Assembly (NCBI RefSeq): GCF_006345805.1
Contig: NC_043005.1
Span: 44,454,001 to 44,518,000 of the forward strand
Source of the DNA: Octopus sinensis
Lineage: Eukaryota
DNA: 64,000 nucleotides
Reading direction: 5' to 3'
Program-made: the position numbers and the translations under genes
The notes under the pieces: model-generated
Databases searched by the model: none
What the model was told of the DNA's origin: nothing
Seen by the model: the letters and a program-made list of their open reading frames with translations, nothing else
Part shown: positions 1 to 13,217 of the stretch, piece by piece
Numbering within the stretch: position 1 is the stretch's first letter
Layout of the letters: each line of letters starts with the position of its first letter

Positions 1-972
1 CACTTATCTATATATCTCTCCATTATATATATACATATCTATATATAATAGATAATATATATATTCTAATTATATATATATAGATATTATAATTATATAT
101 ATATATCTATATAAAGTATATATATCTATATCTATATATATAGTATTACTTATATTACTATAAATATTTAGATATATAGAATTATATATATATATCTATA
201 TATATATATATATATATAATTATATAATATCTATATATATCTCCATTACTATATTCTAATTCTCTATTATATTCCATATATAATTATATATATATATATT
301 ATATATATATATATATTATAGATACCTATATCTATATAATTATATAAAGATATATATATATACATTATCTATATATCTATTCCTACTATATATATATAAT
401 CTTCTATCTATATAACATATAATTATATATATATATATAACTCTATATATATATCTAATATATATATATTAATATCTATCATTCTATATATATTATCTCT
501 AATTATTATCTATATATATATATATAGTCTCTATATATATCTATATCATTATATAATATATATATATATATAATCTAGATATATATATATATCTATATAT
601 ATATATCTAATTATTTATCTATCATATCTATATATATAATATAACTAATTTTTCTATATTCCTCTATATCATATATATCTAATATATATATATATATATA
701 ATTATTTATATATATATATTATATAATCTATTATATATAGATCCTTATTTATATCTAGATCTATATATATATATAGCATCTCATCTCTACTTATTTATAT
801 CTCTATAACTTATCTATATTATACTATACTTTTTATATATCTATATATATATATACTATATCTATAATATCTAATAATTAATTTCGATATATTATCTAGA
901 TATATATATATCTATATATATTTCTAAATATATATCTCATATAATTATCTATATATCATATATATTATATCC

Positions 973-1005
<33 letters not shown>

Positions 1006-1443
1006 TCTAATACTAATACTATATTTATAATATATAATTCTATATCTCTTATACTATCTACTTATATATCTATAGTATATACCTTATATCGCTATCTATA
1101 TCTCTATAATTGCTATAATATATTCTCATATATATATATAATTATAATATCTCTCTATATATTATATCAATTACTCACTATATATATATCTAGATATATT
1201 ATATATATCATATCCATACTAGATATCCATATATTATAGATATATATCTATATATCATATTATATCTCCTCTATCTAGCCGCTCTCATATATACATATAA
1301 TATCGAAATCTATTATAGATCTTATATCTATTCTATATATATTCTACTATATATAAGACTATATATATCTATATCTATCTATTCTCTATAATTATATATA
1401 TATATATACTATATATATATATAATTATTATCTATATATATAA
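1..1443. repeat. Degenerate (TA)n microsatellite tract
   Basis: Almost only T/A with scattered C. The irregular interruptions suggest low consensus quality. Confidence 0.95.
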
Positions 1444-1687
1444 TTACAGACAGAAAATCTAAATGTCTTGTGTTTGAATGAGATTGCCGAAAAAACATCA
1501 CAAGTGGTCAACACACAATCCATCAAACCGATTCGTAGCAAGTTGAAACATATTGAAAAATCTATCTTTCAAACTGATAAAGGCCATTATGAAAAGCTTC
1601 TACATATTTTTCACGGTTCAAAGACAACAACAGCTAAAAAATCAGGCACCACACCAACAAACACAACAGAATGACCACTCCTGGTTC

Positions 1688-2333
1688 CCACAGCAACATA
1701 AAATCTTTGCAGATGACTCCAAGCTACAGAAGGTCATAAATGAGGCGAGTGACCGGACATGCCTTCAGTCAGATCTATTGGCTGTTATCCAATGGGCAGA
1801 AAAAAACAATATGCTGCTGAACGAGGATAATTTGAGCTAATCCACTTTGGAAAAGAGGATGCCCTGAAACTCCCATACTCCCTTCCTTCAGGTGAAACTC
1901 TCTCGTGGCGTCCAACAACATCAGAGACTTGGGAGTAATTGTGGACAACAACGTAAGCTGGGCCACTCATATAAACACCAAAGTTGACATGGCCCGCAGA
2001 ATGTGTTCCTGGATTCTCAGAACTTTCCAGTCGAGAGATATCCACACATTATCCTTCTCTTCTCCACTTTTGCCCGACCCCCCTTGAATACTGTTGTCCA
2101 CTGTGGTCTCCCCACACAATACAAGGTATCATAAAAGTTGAAGCACCTCAAAGGGCAATCACAAAAAAAGATATGGCATGACAGGCCTCGACTATTGGGG
2201 TCGACTAGAAAAGCTAAAACTCTATTCTCTCCAAACGTCGTCGTGAGCGCTACATCATCTGCATGATGTGGAAAATATTCCATCAGCATTGCCCAAAAGA
2301 TGTTGGCATCACCTTTAAGGTACATCCAAGGTA
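1688..2333 (+). mobile_element. CR1-group LINE reverse transcriptase 3' fragment (frameshifted)
   Basis: Motifs KIFADDSKL, WAEKNNMLLN, RDLGVIVD and LEYCCPLWSP are spread over ORFs at 1553, 1905 and 1984. Confidence 0.9.
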
Positions 2334-2340
2334 CATATAT

Positions 2341-2632
2341 ATCAGATCATTCCATAAGTTCTGTCCGAATTTTGAATAAAGAAAACAAGTGATCAAATGT
2401 TATATTTAATTGAAATTTAATCATCAATTTACTTTCCCCAATTATCTAATTCCTTCCATCTATTTACAAGCTTTTTAATTCCATCAATGTAAAACTCTTT
2501 TTGTTTCAAAGCGAACAACTCTGAAATATATCAGTTTTGACCTCCTCCTGGCTTGTGAAAGTTACGTCCCCCAAATGATTCTGTAAACTACGAAACAAAT
2601 GGTAGTCTGAAGGTCGGGAGAATAAGATGGAC
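2341..2632 (-). mobile_element. Mariner transposase C-terminal remnant with element end
   Basis: Minus strand reads PSYSPDL/SDYHLFRSLQNHL...KEFYIDGIKKLVNRW, matching the mariner YSPDLAPSDYHLF motif with a small deletion. Confidence 0.85.
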
Positions 2633-2939
2633 ATTTTGTTTTGTTTTTGAGCAATACTTTTAATTCTATGGAATCATGTTGCCAAAAAGAAATATCAGAT
2701 CATCTGAAATTATTATGTGATATAGAATGACATTCTACCTTAAAAGGCACCTACCTATGTCACACACACTTAGCAAAAAGAAGGTAAAAATTAACCTCAG
2801 GTGGCATACTTGCTAAGAAGAAGTATCAAATCATATGAGAATATTTTATGAAATAGACTGGCATAGAATAATGGTCCTACATCTGGAAAAGTGCTACAGC
2901 TACATCACACATAGCTTAGATTGCACCCCAAATAAAGTT

Positions 2940-3050
2940 CATCTGGATGATTAGCATGAAGTCCCTCACGAACACACTTTAAACTCTGTCTCATAGATGT
3001 GCCAGCTCCTTATCCTGTTTTGTTTATCATTTAATACAGGAGCCACTGCT
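2940..3050 (+). mobile_element. LINE 3' remnant, paralogous to 4640-4990
   Basis: aaactctgtctcatagatgtg...tatcatttaatacaggagccact is shared with ~4715-4782. Confidence 0.55.
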
Positions 3051-3921
3051 GAAGGGTACTTATGTTATACCCACTAAGCAAAAATAAAGAATGAACCTAA
3101 GCAACAACTATAGGGATCACAAGAGAGTTACATTTGTTTTTACTTGATCCATGATGATTATGCTAGTAATCAAATGTGTCAGCCTTAGAACACTATGAAA
3201 ATATATTCCGACAATAAAATCTATAATTTTTAATAAGACTTATTGATAAATTTTGTATACCATCCAATTTTGCAAAAACACAAAATTGCAAGAACTCATT
3301 ATATAGATGAACTAAATAAAAGAACATGAAATAAATAATGTCCATTCCACATAACAGAATTTGAAGTTGAGCCAAAATAAAAAATGTTATACATGGGATC
3401 AGACAATTATACAATAGAAATTACAGACAAAAATTATAATTTGAAAGAAATATTTCAATTAGTTTAATAACAGGAAGTAATTTACCAAAATTTAGTTCAA
3501 GAAAGATTAAATAAATTAGACATAAATCCATAATGTGGAATTAGTGAAAAAATAATTATTTCATTTGATTCTCATTACTAACTTTATTTCAGTAAAGATT
3601 AAACATTTCAGAAAAATTAGAGGAACAAAATTATCAATATAATTTCTTTAAATATAAAATAATGATTTTTTTTTACAGAACAATGTATCATTAATTCTAA
3701 TAGCTCAAGTTTATTGACACCAAAAGGATGAAAAGTAAATGCAAATCAGGCTGAGCTTCACCATGGAATGAAATAACTAACAACTATAATACATAATGTA
3801 AAATATAATAAACACAGCAATAGTTGTGTGGCACACAAAAGCAAACATTGCACTAACCGTAGTCAAAAGGCTATTCAATTTTCCTTAAAAGTCAGAAATT
3901 ATAATAACTAATACTAATAAT

Positions 3922-4135
3922 GGTTTCAGATTTTGGCAGAAGGCCACCAATTTGAGGGGAGGGGCAAAGTTGATTATATCGACACCAGTGTTCAATCGGT
4001 ACTTAGTTTATTAACCCCAAAAGGACAAAAGGGAAAGTTGACCTTGGCAGAATTTGAACTCAGAACGTAAAGACAGGTGAAATGCTACTAAGCATTTTTC
4101 CCGGGATGCTACTAATTCTACCAGCTTGCCTCCGT
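3922..4135 (-). mobile_element. tRNA-derived SINE family B
   Basis: Homologous to copies at 13100, 20752 and 55945, with a B-box-like GAGTTCAAATTC on the minus strand. Confidence 0.85.
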
Positions 4136-4639
4136 TAATAACTAATACTAATAATACCAGAAGAACAAAAGACAAAGTTGATCTTGATCGGATAAAAACT
4201 CAGCAGGTAAATATAAGAAAATTAAAACCAGAAAGCATTTTTCTATCACTTTATCAATTCTACCAACACAATACCCTCAAATGATAATATTTATTAAATG
4301 CTATTAGTGTGCACATGTGTGCATGCATGTGTATGTGCATCCATGCATGTCCAATTTCAAAAGTCAAAACAAAAGCTGGCACTTGTGTATTAGGTAGTAA
4401 AGTTGGTATGTAGTAAATTTAGTCTCATAACTGAATAGCTAATTCATGTTACAAAGTAGTTTCATGTTGAAGAAGCTTCAAAGTGTAAAGTGGTAAACTA
4501 ACAATCATCAGACAGGGACTCTTTATTACAAGAAATCTGACTCAACATTTTGGGGGTGCAAGTGAATATAAATGTAGTACAGCAGCAGCACTGTTCCAGA
4601 TGTAGGATCATTATTCTACTGAGGATCACATTTGACTTC

Positions 4640-4990
4640 TATAAACGTTTGCTTTTGATAAGTATTATTACAATCACCTGGATGATTGACATGAAGTCTC
4701 TCACAAACACTCTCCAAACTCTGTCTCATAGATGTGCTAGTTCCTTATTCTGCTTTTCTTATCATTTAATACAGGAGCCACTTCTTCTCAGCATTGGTTG
4801 GTTTCCCACCACTGCCACTCAGGCACTTCCAATTCACTCATGTTTCCTCCAACTGCCACCCTCACTTCATGCATTTCTTCATGACCCACACTAACTGCTA
4901 CACTTAGTCGTTCTTATCCAGAACATCGACTCTCTGGAAATCTCTCTCTACTTCAGTTTATTCCTGCAGCTATCTGTCAACTTACCATAT
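4640..4990 (+). mobile_element. L2/CR1-group LINE extreme 3' remnant
   Basis: LQTLSHRCASSLFCF and a downstream RTSTLWKSL resemble the LSHRR...LFY and RTxxLWNSLP C-terminal LINE motifs. Confidence 0.55.
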
Positions 4991-5273
4991 TTTCTGGTAT
5001 ACAAGTCAAAGTAGTCAGACTAAAATTTACTACCAAAAAGACTGATGTTTTGGAGGATGAAAAATTCTATGGAAAAAAAGTGACAATGTTTGAATGTTTT
5101 CACTACATGTTTACACCATTTACTACACTAACTTGCATACTAGAAAATATGGTACAACTGTTCAAGAAGAACATTAGCTTCTGGAATCTGACTAGTCTTG
5201 GATAGCTTCGAAGAGCCATGAATAGCAGTCCTTCCTCTAAAAGGTCAGACTCAGTGATTCATAGTTAAATGTA

Positions 5274-5492
5274 TGAGTGGGTACTGAAAAGTTCCTGGCT
5301 TTAAGGATATTGTGAAAGGCCTGGTTGGGGGCCCAACCTTTCAAGTTCTTTTACAGGACTTAGAAAAACTGAAGGACCACTGCAATGAGTGTGTGAATCT
5401 GAGATGGGAATATGTTGAATAAAATCATAATTAACTGATACTCCTGTATTTTCTTTTACTTAATGCCAAGCACTTTTCCGCACCCCATCATA
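5274..5492 (+). mobile_element. Mariner-derived MITE
   Basis: Degenerate TIRs tatgagtgggtactgaaaagttcctggc and gccaagcacttttccgcaccccatcata. The interior retains the mariner end ggaatatgttgaataa. Confidence 0.75.
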
Positions 5493-7568
5493 TTGTCCTT
5501 AAACACAACACAATGGCAGAAATAGGACATAAACTACTGATTTCTGGATAGTTGTTCAGTAGGCCATCTATGCAGTTATCTGCATTGATTCTATATTTGA
5601 TATGACAATAGTTTTGGTAATGTAGAATCCTATTTCATTCACACCACTTAAATAGTGAGCAATTTTACATTACTGTAAATGCTCATTCTCATTCAAAAAT
5701 ATAATTTACAAGCATAGGAAGTCTTTGACAAGATTTTCATTATTTTACCACAATACATTATTATACATGATTAACATGTTAAGAATAGGTGTGAAACCTT
5801 CTGAGAACATGACCAGTCACTGATTAAAACCTTTACCAAAAGAAATCATCAATGTCTTTCACTTCAAGCTATAGAAACTGAGATGAACACTGACTCTCTG
5901 GGATTTGAAAAAAAAATTAAATAGAATATAGAAGCAAGTAGATATGAGATAAAGAGAAAATAACCTTGCATGAAAATATTGATAAATCAATGTTTTATTA
6001 TGAGCTTCTACTTGATAAAAGGAATTTATTCATAAATGGTACAACTGGAAAATTATCCAAACATGTTCAGAAACCTTTTGTATATAATGAAACAGAGGTG
6101 TTGAAGATATGGGAAGATAGGTGCACTAGGCTCTAGCAAAGAATACAATGAAAGAAGAACTTATCGAATATGATACATTATGATATTATGGCCAAGACAA
6201 AACTGATTTACAGATTTCAGACAATCATAAGAATTAAAGGGTTATAAGCCAAGTTGGTGCCAAAACGAATTAAAGGTAGCTGACTTGAAATTTCAACATT
6301 AGGCTAGGGGGGATTCACCTGTTGAAGTGTACTCAATGTTCCAGTGCAACCAATAAATCATAGATTCTATAAACTGCTGTGATGTTTTGCTCAAAATAGT
6401 TAATAAATCTGCAACTGATTTTGCTATCAGAACAGAGAATAAAGTTAGTAAAAGTGTAACTCTGTTACTATTTCAAACCAGTTAGTAAAAATTCAGAAGT
6501 TGCTTTCGATGGTGACAAAGGGATTACTGTTTCAGACAAAATAGAATATTATGATATGTATAATGCAGCATATTAGTGAATCTCAAGTAGTAAGAAATTG
6601 AAAAACCTATCAAAGTCCACAAAACAATGAAGATAATGAACTGTAATATTGCTATAAGAAAAATATAAAATTAAGACTTCAGAAAGAAGACTAGATATTA
6701 CTTACTTTTTCTTTTTACCTTTAATCTTTTTTTTTTTTTTTGACAAATGAATAGATAAAAGTATGCCAGTTACAGAAGTGATTGGAACTTAAGTTTATCT
6801 TGTGTAAAGCAGTTAAAGTATGGTTATAGCTACCAGCAACAAATATAAACATTCAATCACCAGGTTTATAAAAGAATTATGATGCAAAAAAACAAAAAGT
6901 AAAAAAGAAGTGAATTAAAAATGATTAGGTGAATTTTGATTAACTGATTTCTTTTTTAATTTCAATTAGATTATAAATGACTCAGCCTTTATTATCAATT
7001 ATAAATTACTGTGTCCATGAGTAGGTTGCTCAGGCAATCAGTGAAAACGAACATATTCGATATAATGTTGATAAGCTTACAGACAATGATTCAAGAAAAA
7101 TGATCAAGAAAAACTGTAGGATTTGATTACTGCTGATTTTAAACAATAATTATCCAGGCCATTCTATGTGGTAGCTGGACTTGCCAGAAGCAGCAGCTAA
7201 ATCATATTAGAAAAAAAAAACAAAAAGATAATGGATAAGTACATTCCTAAATATTGCCAGATATTGTGTATTTAAGCAAATTGAACGAACATTGAACATT
7301 AGTAGTCTGCCTTCTCACATAGGTTTGCTCAATCAGGGTTGATCTAAAGATTAACTCTTATCACCATATTCCTATTGTAACACACTGCTTTGTTTCAATT
7401 AATTTTGAAAATAATGAAAGATTTAGTAAAATAGTTTTGTCATTATTAAGCAGGTGTTTGGAGCATAAATTAACATGGGATTTTGATGGAAGTTTTAACT
7501 GAAATCACTCTAAAAAAACTCTAAAGCCTCTATGATAAAACCAAGTGTCTTGTATCAATTAATGAATA

Positions 7569-8345
7569 AATTTTTAATGTAAATATTTGGTAATGCTCAT
7601 CTACGCATAGGTTGTATCTATTTCCGTCCACTTTATAAGGCTTAGCAGTACTTATTAGTTCCCAATTGATAGAATAGCTATTCGATAGATGCAACTTATG
7701 CGTAGAGGGGCTTTACCAAATATTTACATAAAAATTATATTTTTTACATCAAAACACACATTCATTAAAAGAAGACATGAACAAGCCCTTAGATGCTTAC
7801 ATAAACACAATCAGACTCCAGCAAAAATTGGGCTTGATATAACAAATAGAAAAACATAAGCTAACCGTAAAAATATTTAATAATCATCATCAATAAAAAA
7901 AAAACATATACCTTACATAATGTACAACACGAATATTGAGCAGTCCAGCCAAAAGATGAATATAAACAAACACGAACATTTCAATACAAACAATACACTC
8001 AAAATCAAAGATAACACACAATCATTAAAATGAACTGAGAGCCTTACAACAACAACTATATTGACCTTAACCTACTTTAAGACCAAGCCCTAACTTCTGA
8101 TAGCAACTGGAGTGAAGTTGAAGTCAATAGCACACATCTATAAATAACAACACCCCCATCTCCTACAGAACACTAATAAGAATTTACTTCAATTAGCTCA
8201 TTTTGGGGATGGCCAAATGGATGGACCCTGATGAAGCTGCACTGACAATATTGCAAGGTTGCATTTGCAACAGTGAGTAGTTGCTGCAGCAGAGACACAT
8301 GTAAGTCATTATAATATGCTGTATATAATTATGAAATAAATTTTG
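7569..8345 (+). mobile_element. Penelope-like element remnant: 5' inverted repeat, degenerate hammerhead, AATAAA
   Basis: Inverted repeat 7577-7621/7685-7729. CTGATGA-a-gctgca...tgcagc-a-GAGAC-acat-GTA at 8228-8303. AATAAA at 8335. Confidence 0.55.
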
Positions 8346-9036
8346 GGGATGTACATGTCATATAAAACAGAGCGCAAGTGCCCTGAGAGAAAAGTTGGAC
8401 ATAAGAAGCATCAGATGTGGTGTGCAAGAGAGATAACTGCGCTGGTATGGTCATGTGTTACATATGGATGAGGACAGCTGTGTGAAAAAGTGTCACACCC
8501 TAACAGTGGAGGGAACCTGTGGAATAGATAGACCCAGGAAAATCCGGGATGAGGTGGTGAAGCACGAGCTTCAAATGTTGGGCCTCACAGAGGCAATGAC
8601 AAGTGACTGAGATCTTTGAAGATATGCTGTGCTTGAGAAGACCCAGTAAGCCAAGTGAGACAGTAGCTGTGGCCTATGCCAGTGTCACATAACCAGCCCA
8701 TTTAAGAGTACCCTTCGATCATTAGGTAATATGCTGTGCGTGAGAAGACCTGTTGAGTCAAGTGAAATCATTGCCATGGCCAATGCCAGTACCACCTGAC
8801 TGGCACCTGTGCCAGTGGCACATAAAAGCACCATTCAAGCACGATCGATAGCAATACCACCTGAGCACCCACTATACTCTCGGAGAGGTTGCCCTTGGGA
8901 AGGGTATCCAGCTGTAGAAACCTTGCAAGATCAGATTGGAGCCTGGTGCAACCTCCTGGCTTGCCAGTCTTCAGTCAAGCCATCAAACCCATCCCAGTAT
9001 GGAAAGCAGACATCAAATGATGATGATGATGATGAT
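8346..9036 (+). mobile_element. RTE LINE 3' end (RT C-terminus, 3' UTR, (GAT)n tail)
   Basis: Translates RWYGHVLHMDEDSCVKKCHTLTVEGTCG. The 3' UTR is shared with copies at 18590, 21840, 26445 and 35945. Confidence 0.88.
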
Positions 9037-10047
9037 TAATATATACATATATATATATATGTGTGTGTAATTGTGCGTGTAAAACTGGGGTTGATTTGTT
9101 CAACTAAAACAGTCAAGACAGTACCTCAGCATGACCACAGTGCAGGAAAATATCTTAATTTGTCAATAGTCCTATGATCTTCTGCAGTACAAGACAAGAA
9201 TAATCAACTCACAATCCATGATGCCCTGATTTGAGACAAATAAGGTTTGAAATATCCAATTTTCTTGAGGTTTTCTTGAAGCAAATGTGTAACCAAAACA
9301 TAACATATTTTTGAAGTAATTTAAAGAAAACATCATCAAACATATATTCTTCTTTAAATATGGAATTTTAACCACAAATTTCCTTCACAAAGAAATGAAG
9401 CATGTTTAAGTATACAGAATACAAATGCTTGACAAAAAATAAACAAAGTAAAATTTGTACAATGAAGGGACAATTAGATCAAGGCACTTCACCCCACTTT
9501 AACAGCAGGAAATAGCATACATAAGCACTGTATTCTAGATAAAAATCTATTAACTAAGCTTCCTTGAAATTTTGTGAATGACATTGTTTTTAACTAATTA
9601 CCTTAAGAAAGATTCAATTCTTTTTTCTTCGTTTTTTTTTTTGTTTTCAAAATGAGGAAATATGTATGAGTTAAACATTCATACTAAACAATGCTTACAC
9701 ATACATATAAATTGGTTACACATACATATATAAACACAATCACATATGTACACACACATGTGAGTTTGTGTGTGTGAGAGTGTGTATGTGCATGTGTGTA
9801 CGTGTGCATGTGTGTGCATATAAATACATGCACACATACATATACATTTATCTAGAAAGGTATATTTTATATATAATATATATTATAGGGTGACGAACTA
9901 ACAGAATCTAGGTCAATGTAATCAACTTGCCCCTCCACTGAAACTACTGGCCTTGTGCCAATGTATATTAAATATCTATAGCTATATATATATACATATA
10001 TGATATATCTCAATCTATCTATGTGTGTGTGTGTGTATGTATATGTA

Positions 10048-10112
<65 letters not shown>

Positions 10113-10324
10113 ATTACATATCTATAGCCACTTATATTTATATATTAATGTTTGTTTTATTGTTCAGTTATAATAAAAACAATTTTGCATTAATCTAGTT
10201 GGTTACTCTATACTAGTGTAGAGTATAAATTTATTATTATTAAACAAGAATATTATTGACAGAGACTGAAGATTTGGTTGCTTAAGCTATATATGCATAA
10301 GCTATATATATATATATATATATA

Positions 10325-11560
10325 CATAGGGATTGGACAAAATAATGGAAACACCTAGCATCATAATTTTGAAATATCTATAAAACCATTAAAAGCTTGT
10401 TTATTTTTATGATTTTTTATTTATTATTAGTGTTGCTTAATGTTTTGCTAAAATTGCTGTTTCTTTTCAGATATCATCAGAAAAAGGTTATTAAAATTCA
10501 TTAAAATGACAGAAAGGTCAAGTTGTTGATGCTCATATGGCAGGTGCTAGCCTAATGAAAACAGCTGGAATGTTTGGTGTATCAAGATGTACTGTCTCAA
10601 AAGTAATGAGAGCCTTTGAGAAAGAGGGAAAAACCTTCTTATCGAAACAAAACTCCGAAAGAAAACCAAAACTTTCAGATAGGGGCCATCAGACTCTTAC
10701 GCAAATTGTTAGAAAGGATCACAAAAGTGCATCTCCCAAAATTACTGCAGAGCTTAATGACCACCTCGAGAACCCAGTTTCCACAAAAACAGTTTGTCGG
10801 GAGCTGCACAAAGCCAGATTTCATGGAAGGGATGCAATCAGAAAACCACTACTTTCAAAAACAAAAGTTGCAAAGCATTTAGAGTGGAGTAAAAACCTAC
10901 AGAATTGGTCCCTAGAGCAGTGGAAGAATGTTATTTTCTTGGACGAGTCATTCTTTACCTTATTTCTGACCACCAGCTGAGTATAAGTGTGGAGACAGCC
11001 AAAAGAAGTATTTGACCCAGACTGCCTTCTTCCAACTGTTAAACATGGAGAAGGATCTGTGATGATTGAGGCGGGGCTATATCTTAGAAATCCACTGGCC
11101 CAGTGGTTTTCCTTCATGGCAGAATTAATAGTCAAGACTATTTAAGCATTTTATCTGATCGAATTCATTCTGTGGTTGCAGAACTGTTTCCAGAGGGAAA
11201 CGCAATCTTTCAGGATGATAATGCACAAATTTACACAGCTAAAGTTGTTAGTGAATGGTACGAGGAACATGCTAGTGAAGTTGAACATCTTATCTGGCCA
11301 CCACAGTCCCAAGATCTCGATATTATTGAACATTTATGGTGCATTTTAGAAAAACAGGTGATGAGTCCATATCCTCCACTATCATCACTACAAGAACTAC
11401 AGACTGTTTTAACTGAAGAATAGACAAAAATTCCTTTGGAAACAATTCAAACTTTGTATGAGTCCACCTCATAGAATTCAAGCTGTAATTACTGCCAAAG
11501 GCAGTCCTACCCAATATTACAATTAATTGGTTTGAAATTTTAAGGTGTTTCCATTATTTT
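10325..11560 (+). mobile_element. Near full-length Tc1-like transposon, DD36E transposase pseudogene
   Basis: HTH N-terminus plus WKNVIFLDES, FQDDNA and WPPQSQDLDIIEHLW, with stops and frameshifts. Inverted repeat aaaataatggaaacacct (10339-10356) pairs with aggtgtttccattatttt (11543-11560); the outer right TIR is lost. Confidence 0.93.
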
Positions 11561-11571
11561 TACATACACAC

Positions 11572-11656
<85 letters not shown>

Positions 11657-11837
11657 TATGTGTGTATGTATAAATGTGTGCTTGTGTTTCTTTGTAATAT
11701 ATATTTCAACATAGCTAAAACTGCTTACGAATGAAAAAGACAGCTTTTAGAAAGTCAGTTTTTAATATAGCATTAAACTCCAAAGCTTTAGTAGAAGCAG
11801 ATGTGATATTGGGAGAAAAACAATATTATTGATACTT

Positions 11838-12060
11838 TTAAACTTTTGATATTTAAACTGGCCACATCTGGCCCAAATATTTTAACTAACTTATGTGCAA
11901 AGTGACCAGTTCCAGCCTGTCACACCTACCATACAATGCCGTTTTAAAAATAAACACATTATTGAAATTTCAAAGCTATGAGATAATGCATGATTAATTC
12001 AAAACAGTTTGAATAAATAAGCATTACATTTGGCAGAGTAACCTGAATGCTAAATGGTTA
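11838..12060. mobile_element. piggyBac-type MITE (degenerate)
   Basis: Homologous to 29232-29454, with TTAA-like flanks and a ...gaatgctaaa end. Confidence 0.65.
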
Positions 12061-12570
12061 GACTTAATAAAAAAAACTTCTACAGCTGTTTCACTAACAA
12101 TAATTACTATATTCAACCAAGCAAATATTAATGATAACTGCAAGTTATAAAATACAATTATCAATAATCAGTAATAGTTATATAATGTAATTGTTATTTT
12201 AATCACATAATATGAGTAATAATACGAGGTTGCAATTATATGTCAGCCATCTCATTTGGAAAGTGTTTAAATATAAGAGCTCCAGCTTTATTCCAGGTAT
12301 ATGAGTATGTGTGTGTGTGAGAGAGAGAGACAAACAGACAGACAGAAACAGAGAAAGAGAGAGAGAGAGAAAGATTGAGAGTCATAAGATACTAGAAAGC
12401 ACTGCTGACACGAATAATATATATAAAAAAACTTCTATATATCTTTCAAGCATATGCAGCTACATAATGTAACAATATTAGATACGAGGTTTAAATTCAA
12501 TGAGGTCAGTAGATATATAAATTCAGATATGCATACATATATATATATATGTATATGTATATATATGTAT

Positions 12571-12753
12571 ACTCTTATTACTCTTTTACTTGTTTCAGTC
12601 ATTTGACTGCGGCCATGCTGGAGAACCACCTTTAGTTGAGCAAATCGACCCCGGTACTTATTCTATCGGTCTCTTTTGCTGAACCGCTAAGTGACGGGGA
12701 CGTAAACACACCAGCATCGGATGTCAAGCGATGGGGGGGGGGGACAAACAGAG

Positions 12754-12787
<34 letters not shown>

Positions 12788-12957
12788 ATATATACAACAG
12801 GCTTCTTTCAGTTTCCGTCTACCAAATCCACTCACAAGGCATTAGTCGGCCCAGGGCTATAGCAGAAGACACTTGCCCAAGATGCCATGCAATGGGACTG
12901 AACCCGGAACCATGTGGTTGGTTAGCAAGCTACTTACCACACAGCCACTCCTGCGCC
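12571..12957 (-). mobile_element. tRNA-derived SINE family A (octopus-type, internal microsatellite)
   Basis: Head TGGCTGTGTGGTAAG...GGTTCAGTCCC (A/B-box-like), central (TA/TG)n, tail gaaacaagtaaaagag. Near-identical to 42639-43040. Confidence 0.92.
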
Positions 12958-13099
12958 TGTATGCATGATTGTGTATAGAGGGATATATATTATTCAAAGG
13001 AATTCCAACTCTGTCTGTTTTATATGTCTTATTTATATTCTTTATAATATTAATGTAGAATATAGAATATATAATATAAATAGTATATATATACTATTT

Positions 13100-13217
13100 G
13101 AAAGGTTGAAAGGCAAAGTTAACCTCGGCGGAATTTGGACTCAGAATGTAAACGCAGACGAAATACGGCTTCGCATTTCGCCCGGCGTGCTAACGTTTCT
13201 GCCAGCTCGCCGCCTTG
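13100..13217 (-). mobile_element. SINE family B 5' part
   Basis: Head aaggcggcgagctggcagaaacgttagcacgccgggcgaaatgc, with CpGs intact. Confidence 0.85.

Noticed and set aside
1-1443. Aperiodic TA-rich text that might hide a higher-order repeat
   Set aside because: No stable unit is visible. It looks like error-rich consensus over a long (TA)n tract.
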